64,000 bases of DNA, from the NCBI GenBank assembly GCA_030390025.1, contig CM059432.1, forward strand, positions 104,472,001 through 104,536,000, given 5' to 3'. Position 1 is the stretch's first letter; each line of letters opens with the position of its first letter. The notes under the pieces are model-generated. The model searched no databases, was not told where the DNA came from, and saw only the letters and a program-made list of their open reading frames with translations. Shown here one piece after another: positions 1 to 10,700 of the stretch. The stretch comes from Squalus acanthias. Lineage: Eukaryota. A program made the translations under genes and the position numbers.

Positions 1-356
1 TCCCCCTCAACAGTATCCAAAGCGGTATATCTGTTTGAGAAGGGGATGTCCACAGGGGACTCCTGCACTACCTGCCTACGCCTACTACTTTGCCTGGTGG
101 TCACCCATTCCCTTTCTGCCTGTGCAACCTTTACCTGCGGTGTGACCAACTGGTTAAACGTGCTATCTATGAGGTCCTCAGCATCGCGACTGCTCCAGTA
201 TGTATCCATTCGCAGCTCCAGCGCCACAATGCGGTCTGCCAGTAGCTGCAGCTGGATACACTTCCTGCACACATGGTCGTCAGGGACACAGGAAGTGTCC
301 CCGATTTCTCACATAGCGCAGGAGGAGCATACCATGGTGCCGAGCTGTGTTGCCAT
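1..356 (-). pseudogene. CR1 LINE ORF1 N-terminal remnant (zinc finger/leucine zipper); element continues off the left edge, 5' UTR extends to about 700
   Basis: Manual translation from ATG at 356 gives MATQLGTMVCSSCAM*EIGDTSCVPDDHVCRKCIQLQLLADRIVALELRMD...IPFSNRYTALDTVEG. The CxxC...CxxC, leucine zipper and 'SNRY..L' motifs are typical of CR1 ORF1. In-frame TGA at 311-309. Confidence 0.8.
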
Positions 357-2072
357 GACTTACCCTTTAATTAATTGAACTTAAATTAAATCAAATCAAT
401 CCCACTAATTATACTATAATTAAATGATATAGGGCCCTTGTTTACCAACTGTCCCTGCTACACCACAGAGAACCTAGAAACTATAAACCACAAAATTTAA
501 GTTTGGAAAAAGCAGAAAAAGAGAAATACTAACCAACCAATAACTTACCTGCTTTCTGGTGAAGTCACCCTTTGATTATTTTTTACTTCTCTCTCTCCCG
601 CTCTCGGGGCTCAGATTGGTAAGCCTACCTGGTCGCTGCCACCTTTTATTGCCGTCGCCTCACCGCTGTCGCTCCACCCAGGTCCGCCGCCTCTCTGAAG
701 TAAAGTGGAGCAAACCCATCTCTTCCAGTCTGGAGTCAGGTCGAGCACTGATTCTGGGATAAGGCTACTGTAATGGCAGCATTTGGTGCAAAGTGAAACT
801 CCTTTTGAAATTGGGCTCAGTAGCGCCCGTTTTTTGGGCATGACGAGTGCCCTTAAGGCTCCAAAATGGCGTCCATGGTGCGAGCACACTTCTGAGGCGA
901 AGTACGCCGGACGCCATCCTGGTAAAGGGGTTAGTGTGCGCACACTTAACGTCCACTGGGAGTATGCAGAGCAGGCAGATCATGACGTCAATCAGCGTGC
1001 AATGCTGATTTGACACCAGCGCTGCCATTTTGGAGCTCCACGCGCCAGCCAAAGGCCTCTCTTAACCTCGCATAACTGAGCACGCGTTAAGCAGCATGAA
1101 GGATGCCCCACCAACGCTATTTATAAAGATTATCAACTACTTCCAGGTTAGTTGCTGGCTCATTTCTCCTGGTTGTTGCTACAATTCTACACATTTTTCT
1201 TGCTTTCCACAGTCGTTTCAAGTTTCAAAAGTCTACAGGGATGGTGTGGCAGGCGCTGAAGTATTTTTTGCTGAATTCAAGGCTTCTGTATAAACCAGTT
1301 GCTCCAAGACATGGGTGCACGAGTAGGCCTTCCTCTTGGAATTGAGTATGACTGTGAGAATGAGCAGAGGCCATGCAGAGCAGGACAAGCTGCTAGAAGA
1401 GGGAGGAGGAGGAGTAAGAGGAGGACGAAAAAGAGGAGGAGGCAGAAGAGGTGGAAGAAGAAGGGCGGCTGCAACCTAGACAACCTTTTCTGCGCGGGCT
1501 GTACGTGAAGAACTAATTCAAGTGCAATAACCTCAACCCCAATTCCCCATTCACCAACAGTCCCACACTCCTTACCTTCCCTCAGTCACTGACCATCACA
1601 TCGTCCTCTTGGCCCCAATGCAAAAATAAAAGCCAACACAAAATACACATTCCAAACCAAATTTATACATTAAATCATGTCATATTGCATACAAACTTAA
1701 ACTAATCACCCTTGTGCATTCCCTTAGCATCTGTCTTCTTTGTGCCTTTGCCTGTCCTAGTTCTCCTACGAAGTGCTACCCCAGTGGCTGCAGCATGGAT
1801 GGTGGAAGGTTGCTGACTTTAAGTGGAGGAGACTACAGATGGCTTTGGAGGATGGCTTTGAGCAGCTCTGGGCCTAGAAGGCCTGGCTATAGAGTGCGCT
1901 ATCTCGGCATGGGCGGCAACAGTCAGGGCTGGCTAGCTGACAGGCAACAGCAAGGGCACTGGCTGAGTGGCAGGGGTGGGATCAAGAATGCTGTCTTCCT
2001 GGGAGAGGACAGCAGGTTTGTGCTCCACAGAACCACTGCCACTCCCCCGGGGCGGCGCCTCAGCAATACTAG

Positions 2073-2266
2073 TGTGGTAACACAATACAGCTTCCTGTGA
2101 CTCGAACTTTATTGCATCACTTCCTGTGATTAGTCCAGGATAAATACTGGACTGATCAGTTGGATCCTGGAGAGGCATAGAGTAAGACCTCTTTTGTATG
2201 TAGCACCTTTTTAGTTGATTAAAGCTTACTTTAAGTTCACCACGCGTAAGGCTCATTCTTACGACA
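2073..2266 (+). repeat. 5' LTR of Gypsy copy 1 (194 bp)
   Basis: TGTGGTAAC...CTTACGACA; repeated at 6318, 15864 and 20153; ATTAAA at 2218-2223. Confidence 0.97.
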
Positions 2267-2267
2267 A

Positions 2268-2278
2268 TTTAATCAACT
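2268..2278 (+). promoter_or_regulatory. Putative self-priming primer-binding site (non-tRNA)
   Basis: TTTAATCAACT, one base after the LTR end, is the exact reverse complement of LTR 2213-2223 (AGTTGATTAAA). No TGG-type tRNA PBS abuts the LTR. Confidence 0.75.
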
Positions 2279-2344
2279 TTGGAAAACTTCGCACTCAAAC
2301 TTTTTGGACGAACTCGGAACTAAGGATCCAGGGAATCACCCATC

Positions 2345-5300
2345 ATGGAAAACATCCTAAACCATCGCATCTTGACTTGGACCCAAACACCCCAGCAGCC
2401 GGTAAGGTGTGGAAACACTGGTATCGCACGTTTGACAATTTCCTTGAATATTGCAAGGCTGATGATGACTCAAAGTTGCGGATACTCATCAACTGTGTCA
2501 CCCCGAATGTATTTCAGTATGTGGAGGAATGGGACAGTTACGAGGAGGCAATTCAGACGCTTAAGAGACTATATACTAAGACACCGAATGAGGTCTATGC
2601 CAGACATCTACTAGCTACAGCCCAACAAGGGCCGGAGGAATCCATTGATAAATTCCTCCAAGAGCTTCGCAGACTTAGTATGGACTGTAACTTTCAGGCG
2701 GCCTCAGCTGAGCTGTACCGTGAAGAAATGATCCGTGATGCTTTCATCTGTGGGCTTGCCTCCCCATTTATACGCCAGCGTCTCCTGGAAAGTAAGACAC
2801 TTGAGCTTCAGAGAGCTTATGACATGGCTTGCTCTCTAGATCTGGCAAAAAGAAATGCAGACCTTTATACAGTGCCCAGACCTCGGTCTACTGCCTTAAC
2901 TACAGTCAGGCAATTTAAGAGGCCACAGGTGAACTCTATTAGGGAGGTCTTTATCCCTGACGATCAATCTGATGACTTCACTGATGAAGAGGATGATGAC
3001 CCCACTGTGGCAGCCTCTTGGCAATCTAAGAAATGCTTCTTTTGTGGTGATGAGTTTCACCCTCGGAAATTCTGCCCTGCTCGCAATGCGTTTTGCAGTC
3101 ATTGCAACAAAAAGGGTCATTTTGCAAAGGGTTGCCTATCAAGAGCCTCTACGAGGGCTTATCAAGCTAAGTCCTACCGAACTGCCCCGGTAAGGGCCTA
3201 TCAAGATGTTCCGGCTAACATCTATCGTGCTTCCTCTTGGGTTTCCTCTCGAAGAAACACACCTAGAGTTTCAGCCACTCTTTGTGCAACGACACCAATT
3301 ACAGCTGCTTGTCCTCAGAACCTATTCCATGCAGCTACAAAAGCATCAATTAATGGACATACTTTAGATGCCTTAATTGACTCAGGTAGCACTGATAGTT
3401 TCATTAGGGAACAGATTGTTGCAGAGTTAAAGCTACATGTTTTCCCATTGGACCAGGCAGTTGCGATGGCTCAGTCATCACTTAATACCAGAATTTCTGG
3501 CTTTTGTATGGTTGAAATAACACTTAATGGTCACAGGTATCCCTCCACCCGGCTTTCGGTGCTCAAGGACTTATGTAGTGATCTTATCTTAGGGCTAGAT
3601 TTTCAAAAGCAGCATAAGAAGCTCACCATTGAGTTCGGCGGATCCAAACCTGAACTCACTATTTCTAATATACGACCTCGATTACCGTTCTGTGCATTGT
3701 CAGCAGCTTCACTGGATGAACCCTCACTGTTTACCAGTATCCCTCCTCGATGCAAACCGATTATAACAAAGTCACAACGTTTCAGTCAGGAAGACCAGTC
3801 TTTTATTGCGGCTGAGATTTCTCGGCTTTTAGCAGAGGATATCATCGAGCCTTGTTCGTCGCCATGGCGCGCCCAGGTCGTTATTGTTAAGAACCCTCTA
3901 CAACCTCACAAGAAACGGCTGTGCATTGACTATTCACAGACCATCAATCAATATACGGACTTGGACGCATACCCATTGCCGCGCATTGATGATATGGTTA
4001 ATAAACTGGCTGAGTACACGGTGTTCTCAACATATGATCTGAAAAGTGCCTATCATCAGGTACCCTTGAAGGTCTCAGACAAGCAGTATACGGCCTTTGA
4101 AGCCAATGGACGGCTGTATCAATTTCGTCGCCTCCCCTTTGGGGTCACTAATGGAGTGGCTGTCTTCCAGCGAGCAATGGATGACCTGGTCAAACAGGAA
4201 GACTTGAAGGATACGTTTCATTATCTCGACAATATTACTGTCGCAGGTCGCAATCAGCGGGAACATGACGCCAATCTCCAACGATTTTGGGATGCACTCC
4301 AGCACCGTAATTTGACATTAAATGCGGCTAAATCCATTGAGTCACAACCAACCATCAACATCCTTGGCTATTGTGTGGGCAATGGCATCATTAAACCTGA
4401 CCCTGAAAGGCTTCGCCCACTCTAAGAACTCCCGCCACCTAAGAATCCGGCCTCCTTGCGCCGGGCCCTCGGCCTGTTTGCATACTATGCTAAATGGATT
4501 CCTAACTTCTCGGACCGAATCCAACCTCTACTGAAGGCCAGCACATTCCCACTAGACACAGCGGCTGTTGCAGCCTTTAACCTCCTGAAAAAACAGTTGG
4601 AGAAAGCGGCTCTTCACTCCATCGATGAGAGTCTTCCTTTTGTCGTTGAGTGTGATGCCTCGGAGGTGGCGATCTCGGCCACTCTGAATCAGGAAGGTCG
4701 TCCAGTGGCATTTTTGTCCAGGACTTTTCAAGGGGCTGAGCTACATTATCCTCCAGTCGAGAAAGAAGCTACAGCCATCATAGAGGCAGTACGGAAGTGG
4801 ACTCATCTCCTAGCTCGCCAGCACTTTACCTTAATCACGGACCAGCGATCGGTCGCCTTCATGCTCGATAATCGAAAACGGACCAAAATTAAAAATAATA
4901 AAATCCAGCTTTGGCGGCTGGAATTGGCCTCTTTTGGTTACACCATCCACTATCGACCTGGCAAGGAGAATGTGGCTATGGATACCCTCACACGAGCATT
5001 CTGCTCCGCCATGGCACCCTCTACGCTCGTAGACATCCATGATGGGTTGTGTCATCCGGGCGTTACTCGCATGCTACACTTCGTGCGGTCCCGAAATCTC
5101 CCATTCTCTACCGGGGATGTAAAGAAGATGTGCTCGGACTGCAGAGTCTGTGCGGAATTGAAACCTCGGTTTTTCCACCCCTCGGGTGGTATACTCATAC
5201 ATGCGACCCAGCCAATGCAACGGCTTAGCATCGATTTTAAGGGGCCGTTGCCCTCTTCAACTCGCAACGCTTATCTATTGACCATGGTCGATGAGTATTC

Positions 5301-6300
5301 CCGTTTTCCGTTTGCCTTTCCCTGCCCCAATATGCTGACGACCACGGTTATCAGCTGCTTTGAGCAGGTATTTGCTTTCTGTGGCATGGCATCCTATGTT
5401 CATTCGGATTGGGGCCCTTCTTTTATGTCAGGAGAACTCAAGGCCTATCTCTCGGAACGGGGTATTGCTGCCAGCAGAACGACGCCTTATCATCCGGTCG
5501 GGAATGGGCAAGTCGAGCGTTTTAACGCTATCATCTGGAATGCGGTACGTCTGGCTTTGAGATCTCGGGGCCTACCCAACCAGCAATGGGAAGCAGTACT
5601 TCCAGACGCATTACACTCCACACGGTCCCTCCTTTCGACCGCCACAAATACGACTCCTCATGAACGGTTCTTCCGATTTCAGCGTCGCTCATCCTATGGG
5701 ATATCTCTCCCGTCGTGGCTGACTACACCGGGACCAGTGCTACTCCGAAGATATGTCCGGGCGTCTAAGAATGACCCCCTGGTAGATGAAGTTGAGCTCA
5801 CTGACGTCAACCCTACCTACGCCTATATTCGGTATCCTGACGGTCGGGAATCTACCGTGTCATTGCGGGATCTGGCTCCCTGCCCGCCGAAACATAGAGG
5901 GACACCAGGGGATGATATTGTACCAGGCACATCTCTGGGCTCGCCAGGTGCCTCTCATAACGATCTGGATCTGACGCCGGCTGGTACCTCACTCCAGCGT
6001 GCCGACCTGGGGCAGACTGACTATGAGCCCGTCGGGGCTCGCACGCGAAGCCACGATCCACCCCGTGCCGTACGCTCGGAAACGGATCTGCCACAGCCCT
6101 GCCCGACACCCGTTCGGGCACCAGTACACAGTCAGGATCGTCCTGACCCCTCACAGAGCGGGCTGGATCACTCGGACTCTGGTCCACGGCCCGCGGCGGG
6201 TAAACGGGCTAGGGGCCCTCTACCGCTACGAGAACCCAAACGGGTGCGGCTCTCCCTCGTCCAGCGGCTACGAAATGGAGCGAGCATCCCGGCCTCCTAA
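2345..6300 (+). pseudogene. gag-pol polyprotein of Gypsy copy 1 (frameshift plus nonsense)
   Basis: Two CCHC knuckles (CFFCGDEFHPRKFC, CSHCNKKGHFAKGC), protease LIDSGS, RT DLKSAYHQ/LPFG/YLDN, RNase H ECDAS...EKEA...TDQ, integrase HHCC and D,D,E. Relative to copy 2 there is a 1-nt deletion near 2358 and CAA>TAA at 4423-4425. Confidence 0.93.
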
Positions 6301-6306
6301 TCTTTT

Positions 6307-6317
6307 GGGGGGAAGAA
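6307..6317 (+). promoter_or_regulatory. Polypurine tract of Gypsy copy 1
   Basis: GGGGGGAAGAA directly abutting the 3' LTR. Confidence 0.9.
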
Positions 6318-6511
6318 TGTGGTAACACAATACAGCTTCCTGTGACTCGAACTTTATTGCATCACTTCCTGTGATTAGTCCAGGATAAATACTGGACTGA
6401 TCAGTTGGATCCTGGAGAGGCATAGAGTAAGACCTCTTTTGTATGTAGCACCTTTTTAGTTGATTAAAGCTTACTTTAACTTCACCACGCGTAAGGCTCA
6501 TTCTTACGACA
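6318..6511 (+). repeat. 3' LTR of Gypsy copy 1
   Basis: Matches the 5' LTR except G>C at 6480. Confidence 0.97.
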
Positions 6512-6516
6512 ACTAG

Positions 6517-7502
6517 TAATTTGTTGGAGGACAGATTGCTGGACTGTTGTGACACCCTGCAAGCCTCTTTCAACACTGGTAACCGCAGCCATGATGGCAG
6601 TAGTCTGAGTTTGCATGACAGCAGCCTTAGCTTCCACTGTACTCAGACTTTTGGTGGAAGCAGCTTGTGCTGCAATGGAAGCTGTGACACCGGCCATCAG
6701 ACGTTGTATCATGGTTGGGTCCACAAGTGTGTTGATGGAGTTGACCACCACTTCCATGCTGGAAAGGATGGATTCCAAGCTCTGTGCAAAGCCCTGTGCC
6801 AAGTTGGTGCTTGACTCCTCCATGTTCCTAAACATTGAACACAAGCTTTCTGGCAGACTTCCCAATGCACCAAGCATTTAGTTGTGTACGCCTTCTTTTG
6901 TAGCCTGGCACATCGAAGTCCTCATCTGAGTCCTTTGCAGCAGAACTCATGTGCAACCTCGCCGTCCGGCAAGCTGGTACCTGCTTTAGTTTTTCCCCTC
7001 GTTATGGTTGCAGTGCAGTTGTGCCTGCTGTCTCACCAGGTGCAGATCCCGCCTCTAATCTATCCTCTAAGATACGTGCAGTGTCAGTATCTGAGCTGGT
7101 GGCTGCGAGTGTGAAATCAAGTGATGGCGTGTCTTCGTCATCACTCTCTTCTCGGTGTTCTTCCACTGCCAGGTTGCAGTTCTTGGGTGTCTGAAAGGAA
7201 AAGGGACAAGGGTAGGGCTGCAGTGACTGGAGAGGGGAAAATAAGAAGTGTGTGCTTACACCATCTGCAGCTTGTAAGTCAGAAGTGATTGTGGGATGAG
7301 GAGGAAATGGGATGTGAGAAGGAGGATTAGGTATGAGGATACCGTCATCTAAAATGGATTCAACCCCGGTGCTGGCCACGACCTCAGCAATGGCCCTTCC
7401 CGTAATGGCCAGCACCGTGTCCATCATAGGGGTTGGACCATGAAGTCGCACCGCTCCCTCTCCGGTTAGTTCCTGCTGCCTCCAGTTGTGCACCACCTTC
7501 TC
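6517..7502 (-). pseudogene. Internal exons of the Harbinger Myb/SANT-like partner gene of H1 (last exon continues past the Gypsy insertion at 2072 to about 1710)
   Basis: Exon 7502-7343 (ttgcag|GAG...GACG|gtatcc; EKVVHNWRQQELTGEG) and an exon starting at 7190 (tttcag|) with an acidic and then coiled-coil-like region (MEESSTNLAQGFAQS...). Paralogous to peptides in H2 and H3. Confidence 0.7.
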
Positions 7503-7701
7503 CTGCAAGAGAGAGGGAAGTGTGTCAGTGAATGTTGTGCAATCTGTTTGGGTGATGTAGCTATCATGGTCAAATAGCTGGCAGTGTGTGCAAGCCGTGA
7601 GATGTGGGTGTGAGGCTTGCAACAGTGCTAAGTGTGTGAAGGTGAGGAGAAGCAGATGAATGTTAGGTATGAGTCCTGATTGATCGAGGGTGTTGCAAAT
7701 C

Positions 7702-10700
7702 TGATGGTGATTGTGGTGATGATGATGGTGGTGATGATGATGGTGGTGATGGTGATGGTGGTGATGGTGGTGATGATGGTGGTGATGGTGATAGTGGTGA
7801 TGATGGTGGGGATGATGATGGTGGTGATGGTGGTGATGGTGATGGTGATGGTGATTGTGGTGGTGATGGTGGTGATGGTGATGGTGGTGATGGTGATGGT
7901 GGTGATGGTGATGGTGGTGATGATGGTGGTGATGGTGATGGTGATGGTGGTGATGGTGATGGTGGTGATGGTGATGGTGGTGATGGTGGTGATGGTGATG
8001 ATGGTGATGGTGAAGGTGGTGATGGTGATGGTGGTGATAATGGTGGTGGTGGTGATGGTGATGGTGGTGATGGTTGATGGTGGTGATGATGGTGGTGATG
8101 GTGATGGTGGTGATGGTGATGGTGATGATGCTGATGGTGATGGTGGTGTTGGTGGCGGTGACGGTGGTGATGGTGGTGATGGTGGTGATGGTGGTGATGA
8201 TGGTGGTGATGGTGGTGTTGGTGGCGGTGACGGTGGTGATGGTGGTGATGGTGATGGTGATGGTGGTGATGGTGGTGATGATGGTGGTGGTGATGGTGGT
8301 GATGGTGGTGGTGATGGTGGTGATGGTGATGATGGTGATGATGATGGTGGTGATGGTGGTGATGGTGGTGGTGATGGTGCTGATGGTGGTGATGATGGTG
8401 GTGATGGTAGTGGTGGTGATGGTGGTGATGATGGTGGTGGTGATGGTGATGGTGATGGTGGTGGTGGTGATGGTGATGGTGATGGTGGTGGTGATGGTGA
8501 TGGTGGTGGTGATGGTGGTGGTGATGGTGATGGTGATGGTGGTGATGGTGATGGTGATGGTGGTGGTGGTGGTGATGGTGATGGTGGTGATGGTGGTGGT
8601 GATGGTGTTGGTGGTGATGTTGGTGATGGTGGTGATGGGGGTGGTGGTGGCGGTGATGGTGATGGTGGTGGTGATGGTGATGGTGGTGATGTTGGTGATG
8701 GTGGTGATGGTGATGGTGGTGATGTTGGTGGTGGTGGTGATGATGGTGGTGGTGATGATGCTGGTGGTGGTGGTGATGATGGTGGTGGTGGTGATGGTGA
8801 TGGTGGTGGTGATGGTGGTGATGGTGGTAGTGGTGATGGTGATGGAGGTGGTGGTGGTGATGGTGGTGATGGTGGTTGTGATGGTGGTGATGGTGGTGTT
8901 GGTGGTGGTGATGATGGTGGTGATGGTGGTGGTGGTGGTGATGATGGTGGTGATGGTGGTGGTGATGGTGGTGGTGGTGATGGTGATGGTGGTGATGGTG
9001 ATGGTGGTGGTGGTGATGGAGGTGGTGGTGACGGAGATGGTGATGGTGGTGATGGTGGTGGTGGTGATGGTGGTGATGGTGGTGGTGATGGTGATGATGA
9101 TGATGGTGATGGTGATGGTGGTGATGGTGGTGGTGGTGTTGATGGTGGTGATGGTGGTGGTGATGGGGTTGATGATGGTGGTGGTGGTGATGGTGATTGT
9201 GGTGGTGATGGTGATGGTGGTGGTGGTGATGGTGGAGATGGTGGTGATTGTGGTGGTGATGGTGATGGTGGTGATGGTGGTAGTGGTGATGGTGATGGTG
9301 ATGGTGGTGATGGTGGTAGTGGTGATGGTGATGTTGTTGGTCGTGGTGATGGTGATGGTTATTGTGTTGCTGGTGGTGGTGGTGATGGTGGTAGTTTGAT
9401 GGTGATTGTGGTGATGGTGGTGATGATGGTGGTGATGATGGTGGTGATGGTTGTAGTGATGCTGGTGATTGTGGTGATGGTGGTGATGATGGTGGTGGTG
9501 CTGGTGATGGTGGTGGTGGTGATGGTGATGGTGGTGATGGTTATGGTGGTGGTGACGATGGTGATTGTGGTGATGGTGGTGGTGATGATGGTGGTGATGG
9601 TGATAGTGATGGTGGTGGTGGTGGTGGTGATGGTGGTGATTGTGGTGATGGTGATGGTGATGGTGGTAATGGTGGTGGCGGTGCTCGTGATGGTGGTGGT
9701 GATGGTGATGGTTGTGATGGTTATGGTGGTGGTGATGATGGTGATTGTGGTGATGGTGGTGGTGGTGATGGTGATGGTGATGGTGGTGATGGTGGTGGTG
9801 GTGATGCTGATGGTGGTGATGGTGATGATGGTGATTGTGGTGATGGTGATGGTGATGGTGGTGATGGTGGTGGTGGTGGTGGTGAAGGTGGTGGTGATGA
9901 TGGTGATGGTCGTGATGATGGTGGTGATTGTGGTGATGGTGGTGATGCTGGTGGTGGTGATGCTGATGATGGTGGTGGTGATGGTGATGATGGTGGTGGT
10001 GATGGTGATTGTGGTGATGATGGTGATGATGGTGGTGGTGATGGTGATTGTGGTGATGGAGGTGATGGTGGTGGTGATGGTGATGGTGGTGGTGGTGATT
10101 GTGCTGATGATGGTGATGATGGTGGTGGTGGTGATGGTGATTGTGGTGATGGTGATGATGGTGGTGGTGATGGTGATGGTGGTGGTGGTGATGATGGTAA
10201 TGGTGATGGTGGTGATGGTGATGGTGGTGCTGGTGGTGTTGATGGTGATGGTGATGGTGGTGGTGGTGGTGTTGATGGTGATGGTGGTGATGTTGATGGT
10301 GCTGATGGTGGTGATGGTGATGGTGGTGGTGGTGAATGGTGGTGGTGGTGGTGGTGGTGGTGATGGTGGTGATGATGGTGGTGATGTTGGTGATGATGGT
10401 GGTGATGGTGGTGACGGTGATGGTGAAGGTGGTGTTGATGGAGGTGTTGATGGTGATGGTGGTGATGGTGATGGTGGTGGAGATGGTGATTGTGGTGGTG
10501 GTGATGGTGGTAGTGGTGATGGTGGAGATGGTGGTGATTGTGGTGGTGGTGGTGGTGATGGTGATGGTGGTGATGGTGGTAGTGGTGATGGTGGTGGTGA
10601 TGATGGAGATTGTGGTGATGGTGGTGATGATGGTGGTTGTGATGATGATGGTGGTGATGGTGGTGATGGTGATGCTGATGGTGATGATGCTGATTGTGGT

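Larger units (their letters stand above)
2073..6511 (+). mobile_element. Full-length Ty3/Gypsy LTR retrotransposon, copy 1
   Basis: 194-bp TG...CA LTRs with 1 mismatch; 5-bp TSD ACTAG (2068-2072 and 6512-6516); domain order Gag-PR-RT-RH-IN; PPT before the 3' LTR. A homologous empty site is visible in H3 at about 48562-48600. Confidence 0.97.
801..7700. mobile_element. Non-autonomous PIF/Harbinger element (H1), interrupted by Gypsy copy 1 and truncated on the right by the GGT/GAT array
   Basis: GC-rich left end with TAGCGCC, TGACGTCA (983) and TATTTATAAAG (1118), as in the elements at 26719 and 47338. Sequence 1710-2072 plus 6517-7640 is colinear with 48265-49740 of element H3. Left TIR is degraded and the right end is missing. 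Confidence 0.75.

Noticed and set aside
2215..2344. N-terminal extension of Gag starting inside the LTR (ORF track 2215..4425)
   Set aside because: Non-ATG start; in frame only because of the 1-nt deletion near 2358. Copy 2 shows the real start corresponds to ATG 2345.
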